Below are positions 57,248-64,000 of a DNA stretch of 64,000 bases, in pieces. A model generated the notes under the pieces. That model worked only from the letters and a program-made list of their open reading frames with translations, was not told where the DNA came from and did no database searches. Source of the stretch: an uncultured Ignavibacteriaceae bacterium (GTDB lineage Bacteria > Bacteroidota > Ignavibacteria > Ignavibacteriales > Ignavibacteriaceae); the NCBI GenBank assembly GCA_963714775.1, contig CAVQQN010000030.1, positions 50,553 through 114,552 on the forward strand, written 5' to 3'. The first letter of the stretch is position 1; the number at the start of each line of letters is the position of its first letter. A program made the position numbers and the translations under genes.

Positions 57248-57333
57248 GCCGAAATGGCGGAATTGGTAGACGCGCTGGACTCAAAATCCAGTGGGGCTTA
57301 CACCTCGTGCCGGTTCGAGTCCGGCTTTCGGTA
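57248..57333 (+). tRNA. tRNA-Leu (anticodon CAA)
   Basis: The sequence is GCCGAAATGGCGGAATTGGTAGACGCGCTGGACTCAAAATCCAG..variable arm..GCCGGTTCGAGTCCGGCTTTCGGTA. The anticodon loop is CTCAAAA. Confidence 0.9.
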
Positions 57334-57345
57334 CTTCTTTAATTT

Positions 57346-57378
57346 AAAGCCTTGTAAAACAAGGCTTTATCTATTTTT
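57346..57378. terminator. Rho-independent (bidirectional) terminator between tRNA-Leu and the convergent 1572-aa gene
   Basis: The hairpin is AAAGCCTTG-taaaa-CAAGGCTTT, followed by ATCTATTTTT. Confidence 0.6.
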
Positions 57379-57381
57379 ACT

Positions 57382-57418
57382 GCATCGAAATTGGATCGAT
57401 CAGAAGATCGATCCCACC
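57382..57418. repeat. REP-like palindromic element, copy 1
   Basis: The sequence is gcatcgaaattGGATCGATCagaaGATCGATCCcacc, with a 9-bp perfect stem. It is a near-copy of 63848-63884. Confidence 0.7.
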
Positions 57419-57441
57419 AATTAAAATTATTTTATTTGTTC

Positions 57442-60400
57442 TTACTTAATTAGTATCATTTTTTTTGTTTGGATAAATGAACCAGCTTCTATTTTATAGA
57501 TGTATATTCCGCTGCTAAGATCGTTTGCATCGAAGTATATTGTGTGTACACCAGGCTCTTTAATCTCATTTACAAGAGTTGTTACTTGCTGACCGAGTAC
57601 GTTATAGATTGTGAGGTTAACAATTCTTGCTTCAGGTAAACTAAAACGGATTGTTGTACTTGGGTTAAACGGATTCGGATAGTTCTGGCTTAATTCAAAT
57701 TCCTTTGGGACACCCAAATCAGCTTCTATTGTATTCGAGTATTCAAATTTTCCATCGTTATCAATCTGTTTAAGTCTGTATGAATATTTACCTGCAGTAA
57801 CACTTTTATCTTCAAAATAATAATTCTTTGGTGAGTTTGAGTTTCCATTTCCATTAACAAAACCGATTTTTTTATAGTTGCCTACAGTTGATTGAAGACT
57901 GCCAATTTTACGTTCTATATCAAACCCATAATTATTAACCTCTGTTGCCGTCTGCCAGTTTAATTTAACGGCATTACCGATTACAGAAGCACTGAAGTCG
58001 GAAAGTTCGATAGGAAGTGCATTATCCGAACCACCACCGATACCGAATTCGGAAAATCCGGACATCCCAGTTCTGTGAACTACAGGTGTTGTATTGGATC
58101 CTGTACCCACAGCGTGAGTGCCATCCAGTGTCCAGGAACTTAGATCATCATTACGTTTGAGAATTCTAAGCGTTGTATAATCAGAAACAAGGGTAAACTC
58201 GTTGGCAGTCAAATCAAGAGTATATATTCCTCCAGTGAGACCATCTCCTGCTGTGATAGTCCAGTATCCATCGGTGCCGCAGTACATAATCGGGGTTACA
58301 CCATCATCAAGCGGCAGACCAAGGGTGCCAGGATCAAGCTCTGTAAAAAAGGCTGTCAGGGTTCCACCTTCAGATGGTGCCTCTGTAAAACTTAATTTTG
58401 CTGGTAGGTAATTGACGCTTATTCCCACTGGAAAGAGTATATCAGCCGCTGTGGCTGCTGCGACCCATCGTACAAAATTGCCAACGATGGTTCCCGATGT
58501 TTGGGACAGCGTTCCAATCGAAGATGCGCTCGTACCAAGTGTAAGATCGTTTGAGCCTGTAGTAATATTGCCAGCAGTGAGAGTGAGCGCATCACTTACA
58601 GTGATATTTCCACCAAGAATACACCCGGAACTATTATTAATAATTAGGTTTGCATATGTCAAAAATCCAAGTGGTAAAGTTTGTACATTCGAACCATTAA
58701 AAAGAATTGTACTGCCTGTGATGGTATAGGCATTCGTCCCGGGTGTAAAAATACTATCTACCGAGATGGTTCCGCTTGATGCGAGCACGCGCGCACCGGT
58801 TGAGCTGCTCGAAAGGTTTTTGTAGTTGAACGCAATAATCGTCTGTTCACCAGTACCGTTGTACCCAATTGTACTTCCTGTAGTAACAAAACCTCCTGTT
58901 GTAAATGTTGTTGTTGGAGCAAATATCCCTGCCACGCCTATAGTTCCTGTGGAGGCAAGCATAACACTGTTAGACGTTCTATCTCCGCTGATTGTGAGAT
59001 TGTTGTAGTTGATTGCCGGAATGGTTTGTGCACCGCTGCTGTTGAAATCGATTGTGCTGCCGGTATTGATAAACCCGCCAGTCGTGAATGTTGCCGTAGG
59101 AGAGAATGTGCCTGCAATGGCAATCGTACCGCTGGAAGCTAGCGTAACGCTGTTTGATGTCCTAACTCCGCTGATTGTAAGATTGTTGTAATTGAATGCC
59201 GGGATCGTCTGACTTCCAGAACCGCTGAACTCAACAGTTCCATCCAGTGTGTTTGCTGTATAGTTACCCGGAAAGTTGCTGCCAGACCCGCCGACAAGGA
59301 GTGATGCACCGCTTGAAAGCAAAAGCGTTCCTCCAGATGTGGTACGATCTGCAGTGTAGCTGCTCATATTAAGTGTTCCGCTACTAACTGTCAGATCACC
59401 GGCGATTGTTGCATTACCGGTAAGCGTTGCTGTTGCTGAAGTTTTGTTGACAACAAGGTTGTTAAAGTTGGAGGCACTGACAGTCGCTGGTAATGAACCT
59501 GTCAACATTATCGTACCGCTTGCAGTATAAGTTCCATTATTTATCCAATCGCTGCCAATTATATGGCTGAATCCTCCATCATTAAATGTAGTATTCGCGC
59601 CAATAGAAAGTTCTTCTGTTATGGTAATAGAATTACCTGCAGTAACAGATAACGATGTGCCAGTTGTGGAAATAATCAAAGCATCATCAACCACAAATGA
59701 AGTCGACGGCATCGTCTTTGTAACAGAGCCTGCACTGCTACTTAAGACAAGTCCTTCGTATCCGGGCGATGCACCGTTCGGAATAATCACGGTTTGATCA
59801 CCGCCGTTATACTCGATAGTATTTTCCTCGTGTCCTCGTGCATCCAGGGTTCCATTATTAGTAAGTGTCCCGGCAACGCGCATAACATTTTCTAAAATAA
59901 GGCCCAGATCTGCACCGGAATTGACTGTAACGTTATAAAAATTTGTTATCCCGTTCATTGTGGCATTAGCACCTGTGAAATATACTGTGCTTGTGCTTGC
60001 ATTAAATGTACCTCCATTATTACTCCAGGCACCGGCGTCACCTGTAATTGTAATATCCGAACTTGATACAACGTTTACAATTCCTCCACTCTCGATTGTC
60101 ATTGTCCTGATATAAATGGCTGAACTTATCGTCGGATCATAGGTTGTTGTTGAAGCATCCGGAATAACAACATTTGTTTCACTTGAAGGTACACCGCTGG
60201 GAGTCCAGTTACCTGCATAAACCCAATTGATACTTGTTGATCCATTCCAGGTTGAATTAACTAATTCAGAATTTCCTAGTCCCTCGACTTTCTGATCAAA
60301 ACTTGTTGGCCAAATTGATAACGGAACACTTGAAAGTGCAATCCAATTTTCAGTAGAATTATAATTTGATCTTCCGTATTCAACTTCCGACCCCGGTGTA

Positions 60401-62160
60401 AAAGGATCATCGCATGACCATATAGCCAACTTATTTTCTATATTACCATTAAGTTCGGTATCCAGGTAGTGCATAAGCACTGTTGCAAAACAGTTACTTC
60501 CTCCGGTATGTATAAAATCATAAGTTCTTAGAACTGCACCTGTTTTCCATGATGGCGCAGTACCAATGGTGATTTTAACACTAATTTCGGACGGTAATGT
60601 TCCACTACTCTCAAAGAAAACTGATGTATACTGATTTCCAAAAGTATATGTCTCATTGGCAATGATAGTTGTGCGATTTACAATTCCGGTAACATCTGTT
60701 GCTCCAACAGTAGTGGATGATGAGCCCATAGTAAGTACCTGAGGATCTGTTACTGTCAGGTTGCCGGCAGTAAGTGTAAGAATTCCATTAACTGTTGCAT
60801 TCCCACTAAGTGTGGCATTACCCGATGATTGGTTGATTGTTAGATTATCATAGATAGTTGCCTTAACTGTCTGAGACGCACCATAGTAGTTAACCGTATT
60901 GCCTACTTCAGATGCCGTTAAGGTTGTAGTAATGGATGAAGCACCAAAATTCAAAGTACCTGTTGCACCGTTAGAAAGCGTACCCGCTCCGGCAAGTGCT
61001 GTGCTTACAGTTAAAGTTCCGTTATTTGTTAATGTTCCGCTTATTGTAAGACTTGGAATTACTATGGCACTTGCACCGCTAATTGTTTTTCCTGTACCGC
61101 TAAAAGTATGAACACCAGTATTTGCAGTAAAAGTTGTTCCATCGTGTTGTAGGTTTCCTGAATAATTAATTGCTGCAACACCGGTTTCATTCCAGACACC
61201 TCCGGAATTTATTGTTACATCACCAGTGAATGTTTTAGAATATGTGCTGCCGAGATTGATAACACCACTAACAGATACCGTTCCTGTTATCCCAAGTGTA
61301 AAATTTCCAGATGTTGTAAATGTAGCACCACTGTTTACATTAAGATTACCGCCAACTACTCTATTCGCCGTAAGAGCCCAAGACTTTGTTCCAGTACCGG
61401 AAAGAGTTAAATGACCCGGATAAGCAACTGTATTTACCGTTTGGTCTCCTGCTGCATTGTATTCAATTGTCCCTGCTGCGGGTTGCGTAATTGCACCAGA
61501 ATAATTACTTGCCCATGTTGCGCCACCTACCCGTAAAGTTCCGGCTGTAAATGTACGGGTTGTGGCAGTAAGCAAGTATATGCCGGGATCGAATGTACCT
61601 GCTGTAAGGATAAATGTTGGTACTGTACAGGCTCCAGTGAGAATTACGGATCCGCTCGTCTTGTTAATTATAAGTCTACTGCTTGTACCATCTCCCAACC
61701 CACCTGTAAATGTTTGGTCACCTGTACCGTTAAATGTTACATAGAAATTATTCCCTGAAGTAAATGTGCCACTGAATGTCCAGTTACCACCAATATTAAA
61801 GTCCCTTGGGGTACTGCCAGATGCGAATCTTCCATCACCCGAAAAATCTCCCGAAATTACAAGATCATTAGTTCCTGAAATATTGGAAATATCAAGAGTT
61901 GATCCAGACGCAATATTGATCGAGGCACAAGCTGAAGCTACATTCACTGCAACGGTTCTATTGCCTTCAATAAAAACTACATCACCGGCGCGAGGATAAC
62001 TTGCCCCGGGTGAACCGCCTGAAGTTGCCGACCAGGTGCTTGTTGAATTCCAGTTGCCGCTTGCAACGGAATATCTATCTGCTGCGTTTACAATTGAAAC
62101 GCTAACGAATACCACAACCGCAACAATACAAATCTGAAAAAGTAATCTAATTTTTTTCAT
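57442..62160 (-). CDS. Giant (1572 aa) secreted Thr/Gly/Ser/Asn-rich beta-helix-like surface protein with T9SS C-terminal sorting domain
   Basis: The signal peptide is MKKIRLLFQICIVAVVVFVSVSIVNA. Most of the length consists of degenerate G-T-x-T-x-x-G-N repeats. A fibronectin-type-III-like segment (LSDFSASVIGNAVKLNWQTATEVNNYGFDIERK) is present. The CTD reads QNYPNPFNPSTTIRFSLPE...GIYIYKIEAGSFIQTKKMILIK. Confidence 0.85.
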   Translation of the reverse strand: MKKIRLLFQICIVAVVVFVSVSIVNAADRYSVASGNWNSTSTWSATSGGSPGASYPRAGDVVFIEGNRTVAVNVASACASINIASGSTLDISNISGTNDLVISGDFSGDGRFASGSTPRDFNIGGNWTFSGTFTSGNNFYVTFNGTGDQTFTGGLGDGTSSRLIINKTSGSVILTGACTVPTFILTAGTFDPGIYLLTATTRTFTAGTLRVGGATWASNYSGAITQPAAGTIEYNAAGDQTVNTVAYPGHLTLSGTGTKSWALTANRVVGGNLNVNSGATFTTSGNFTLGITGTVSVSGVINLGSTYSKTFTGDVTINSGGVWNETGVAAINYSGNLQHDGTTFTANTGVHTFSGTGKTISGASAIVIPSLTISGTLTNNGTLTVSTALAGAGTLSNGATGTLNFGASSITTTLTASEVGNTVNYYGASQTVKATIYDNLTINQSSGNATLSGNATVNGILTLTAGNLTVTDPQVLTMGSSSTTVGATDVTGIVNRTTIIANETYTFGNQYTSVFFESSGTLPSEISVKITIGTAPSWKTGAVLRTYDFIHTGGSNCFATVLMHYLDTELNGNIENKLAIWSCDDPFTPGSEVEYGRSNYNSTENWIALSSVPLSIWPTSFDQKVEGLGNSELVNSTWNGSTSINWVYAGNWTPSGVPSSETNVVIPDASTTTYDPTISSAIYIRTMTIESGGIVNVVSSSDITITGDAGAWSNNGGTFNASTSTVYFTGANATMNGITNFYNVTVNSGADLGLILENVMRVAGTLTNNGTLDARGHEENTIEYNGGDQTVIIPNGASPGYEGLVLSSSAGSVTKTMPSTSFVVDDALIISTTGTSLSVTAGNSITITEELSIGANTTFNDGGFSHIIGSDWINNGTYTASGTIMLTGSLPATVSASNFNNLVVNKTSATATLTGNATIAGDLTVSSGTLNMSSYTADRTTSGGTLLLSSGASLLVGGSGSNFPGNYTANTLDGTVEFSGSGSQTIPAFNYNNLTISGVRTSNSVTLASSGTIAIAGTFSPTATFTTGGFINTGSTIDFNSSGAQTIPAINYNNLTISGDRTSNSVMLASTGTIGVAGIFAPTTTFTTGGFVTTGSTIGYNGTGEQTIIAFNYKNLSSSSTGARVLASSGTISVDSIFTPGTNAYTITGSTILFNGSNVQTLPLGFLTYANLIINNSSGCILGGNITVSDALTLTAGNITTGSNDLTLGTSASSIGTLSQTSGTIVGNFVRWVAAATAADILFPVGISVNYLPAKLSFTEAPSEGGTLTAFFTELDPGTLGLPLDDGVTPIMYCGTDGYWTITAGDGLTGGIYTLDLTANEFTLVSDYTTLRILKRNDDLSSWTLDGTHAVGTGSNTTPVVHRTGMSGFSEFGIGGGSDNALPIELSDFSASVIGNAVKLNWQTATEVNNYGFDIERKIGSLQSTVGNYKKIGFVNGNGNSNSPKNYYFEDKSVTAGKYSYRLKQIDNDGKFEYSNTIEADLGVPKEFELSQNYPNPFNPSTTIRFSLPEARIVNLTIYNVLGQQVTTLVNEIKEPGVHTIYFDANDLSSGIYIYKIEAGSFIQTKKMILIK
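58650..59215. repeat. Three tandem ~183-bp (61-aa) repeats inside the giant gene
   Basis: The protein repeat is QTIPAFNYNNLTISGVRTSNSVTLASSGTIAIAGTFSPTATFTTGGFINTGSTIDFNSSGA, then QTIPAINYNNLTISGDRTSNSVMLASTGTIGVAGIFAPTTTFTTGGFVTTGSTIGYNGTGE, then QTIIAFNYKNLSSSS... It is mirrored by the near-identical antisense ORFs 58826-59008 and 59009-59191. Confidence 0.85.
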
Positions 62161-62677
62161 AACTCTCTCCTTAAGTCTAAATTATCAGTTTTCTTCCATT
62201 CAATATGATTTTATTTTTATAATAACATTTTTGAAAGTACTGCACTATTAATTCTGCTTGTAACAATTGCTCGTACTTTTTATTTTAATTGCACTATTAC
62301 AAATAGATAATTCAGAATTTGGTCGACCTTGTCTGTGTTTTAGTCCGCTGATAGATTTATTCCCAAAAGAACAAAGACAAACAATTATTATTTCCCCAGT
62401 TAATTGATTTTTAGGTTTTTATCTGATATATAATCAACATTTATATTTAAGTTTACAATAGATCTAATGGACGAAAAAAGAACTACACCTTTTGGACTAC
62501 TAAAAATGTCATATAATGATCTCCTTTTGATTATTAATATCTCACTGCCTACTGGGTTTATCTTAATTTATAAAATGTTCTATTGCATCTTCCTTTGTTT
62601 GATAAATTCTAAGTACTCTGTCTAACCTTGTTCTCTGAATTAGAGAACACACACCACTTCCCTCGCGAACAAAAACT

Positions 62678-62708
62678 AAAGCCTTGTTAATACAAGGCTT
62701 TTCTTTTT
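62678..62708. terminator. Rho-independent (bidirectional) terminator-like hairpin
   Basis: The hairpin is AAAGCCTTG-ttaata-CAAGGCTTT followed by TCTTTTT. On the other strand it is followed by AGTTTTTGTT. The 9-nt stem is the same as at 57346. Confidence 0.5.
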
Positions 62709-62920
62709 ATGCATTAATAGACAAACTTTTCGAATTTCATAAATGATGCTTGGATGATAACTTAGGTTGGTTATTGTATTTTTCGCAAAGATGGCTAGAT
62801 TAAGGCAATGAACTTCGGTAAAATATTATTAATTCTATATTTATAGATCCTACTTAATAAAACATGAAATAGGTTTTGATTCATTCCAAATGTATTGATC
62901 GAATTCAAAACTAAAATTAT

Positions 62921-63763
62921 TTATAACTTCAACAAAAGTATTGCTGCAATCCCAACTGCAATAGCAATTCTTCCATAAAGATTAATTTTTTCTTTCCAGA
63001 TTAAATAAGCAACGGTTGCTGTAACTACAATCACCCCAATATTCATAACCGGAAAAACTACAATAGCAGGAAGTTCACTCAATGCTGCAAGCAGGAAATG
63101 AATTGAAAGAACATTTGGCACTCCGAGTATTAGCCCTAAATTGTAGGTGTTTTTATCAAACTTAATCTTTTTTACAAGTAGGTAGACTGATGTATAAATG
63201 AAAGCTGAGAAGAAAATAGTGAATACAAATACTCCCTTTTCTTCGGGAAGAAATTTATGCTCATAAAGCTTCATCGAAAAATCAATTAAGCCTATTCCAA
63301 GAAGCAGTGCTAAAAGATATAAATATTTATTCCTGGAAGTTGAGCCATTGTCGTGATTCTTTAATGATAAATAAAAAAAATAAAGAGTGACCAGTGCAAG
63401 TAAAAAACCAAATATCATTTTAATGTTCGGGTTTTCACCAAAATGCAAGATTGAAAACAAGACAGGTATAAGGACAGATAATCTTGCACTAACTGTAGCT
63501 AATGCTGTTCCTGCCAGACTAATTGCTTTTGAGTAAATGACAAATGTACCTGCAAGTAAAATTCCAAGCAGCGCACCAAACAAAACGGCTACAATTGAAT
63601 AGTGAAATCCATACTTCAATAAAATAAATCCCAAAGCAATTAATGAAGCAGTTAGATAGTTGCCGTTAATCAGCATTGCAATGTTTGCATTTTTAACGTG
63701 TCCGTGTTTTAGAATTAAGGCAAGACTGCTCGAACAAAGAATTGCTAGAATTAAGAATAGCAT
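62921..63763 (-). CDS. Polytopic membrane protein, probably DMT/EamA-like superfamily
   Basis: The 280-aa ORF has about 10 TM segments arranged as two similar halves. No diagnostic motif was recognised. Confidence 0.5.
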   Translation of the reverse strand: MLFLILAILCSSSLALILKHGHVKNANIAMLINGNYLTASLIALGFILLKYGFHYSIVAVLFGALLGILLAGTFVIYSKAISLAGTALATVSARLSVLIPVLFSILHFGENPNIKMIFGFLLALVTLYFFYLSLKNHDNGSTSRNKYLYLLALLLGIGLIDFSMKLYEHKFLPEEKGVFVFTIFFSAFIYTSVYLLVKKIKFDKNTYNLGLILGVPNVLSIHFLLAALSELPAIVVFPVMNIGVIVVTATVAYLIWKEKINLYGRIAIAVGIAAILLLKL

Positions 63764-63774
63764 TTATTTTCTTT

Positions 63775-63804
63775 CGTAGGGAACGGACTCCCGTCCGTTC
63801 CTAA
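63775..63804. repeat. GC-rich palindromic hairpin (REP-like)
   Basis: The sequence is cgtagGGAACGGACtcccGTCCGTTCCtaa, lying 12 nt upstream of the membrane-protein start codon. Confidence 0.6.
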
Positions 63805-63847
63805 TGATGTTATATTTATCGTGGTCTTTTAATTAAATATTATTATT

Positions 63848-63884
63848 CGCATCGTAAACGGATCGGTCAGGAGACCGATCCCTA
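63848..63884. repeat. REP-like palindromic element, copy 2
   Basis: The sequence is gcatcgtaaacGGATCGGTCaggaGACCGATCCctac. It has the same architecture and flanks (gcatcg...CCc.ac) as 57382-57418. Confidence 0.7.
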
Positions 63885-63888
63885 CATC

Positions 63889-64000
63889 TTTAATGCCCGC
63901 CTTTAGGTGGTGTTGCACTTTCCAAAGCTGTTGATCGTGGTTCCTTTACAAAGAACCAAAAGAAAACTGAGAAACAAATAAACACTCCGCAAAGAATGTA
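63889..64000 (-). CDS. C-terminal end of a membrane protein (partial, runs off the window)
   Basis: Minus-strand translation gives ..ILCGVFICFSVFFWFFVKEPRSTALESATPPKGGH, with the stop at 63889-63891. It is absent from the ORF track because it is open at the edge. Confidence 0.4.

Noticed and set aside
58202-61999. Nine plus-strand ORFs (60-105 aa, Pro/Val-rich) antisense to the giant gene
   Set aside because: They are shadow ORFs produced by the Gly/Thr/Asn-rich codon composition of the minus-strand gene. They have no start context or independent conservation signal, and they mirror the sense-strand repeats.
57248-63890. Integrative mobile element or prophage inserted at tRNA-Leu
   Set aside because: No integrase, recombinase, transposase or phage gene is present. 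The bracketing repeats are hairpin-forming REP-like elements rather than copies of the tRNA 3' end. I kept only the weaker variable-islet hypothesis.
1-64000. Scanned for CRISPR arrays, rRNA, IS elements and toxin-antitoxin pairs
   Set aside because: I saw no regularly spaced direct repeats, no rRNA-like conserved blocks and no transposase-like ORFs. The only small-ORF pair (56272-56689) has no recognisable toxin or antitoxin motif.

Overview
Low-GC chromosomal window from an FCB-group bacterium. Ignavibacteria/Bacteroidota-like is my inference, based on four T9SS-type C-terminal sorting domains, a PorV/PorQ-like barrel, TonB-dependent receptors without SusD, and weak Shine-Dalgarno usage. 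Layout: (1) 1-4.4 kb: housekeeping genes (YmdB-like phosphoesterase, DnaQ/GIY-YIG fusion, eIF-2B-like protein, MATE pump). (2) 4.6-35.3 kb: one co-directional minus-strand glycan (probably beta-mannoside) utilisation locus. From upstream to downstream it holds a LacI regulator, a Zn-ADH, a tandem-repeat CBM-like T9SS protein, and a TonB-dependent receptor. Next come a ~1080-aa Ca-binding CTD protein, a PorV/PorQ-like barrel, and a SurA-like PPIase. Then an ABC importer (SBP, two permeases, MalK-type ATPase), two GH130 genes, a GH2 beta-mannosidase, an aldo/keto reductase and further secreted glycosidase-like proteins. (3) 37-40.4 kb: a split corrinoid methyltransferase set (URO-D-like MT, homocysteine-MT domain, MetH-activation-like domain, B12-binding protein), followed by transporters and a second TonB receptor. 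(4) 45.8-46.2 kb: two tRNA-Ser genes. (5) A ~1160-aa outer-membrane barrel protein, a hybrid histidine kinase with three receiver domains, gltX, and glnS. (6) tRNA-Leu, then a 1572-aa T9SS beta-helix-like surface protein flanked by look-alike terminators and REP-like hairpins. The most striking objective signal is a sharp-edged block (~4.56-32.16 kb) in which 15 of 16 genes are broken by 1-nt indels, while the flanks are nearly clean. This is either an unpolished or low-coverage assembly segment or wholesale decay of the glycan island. No CRISPR array, transposase, integrase, phage genes or rRNA were seen.
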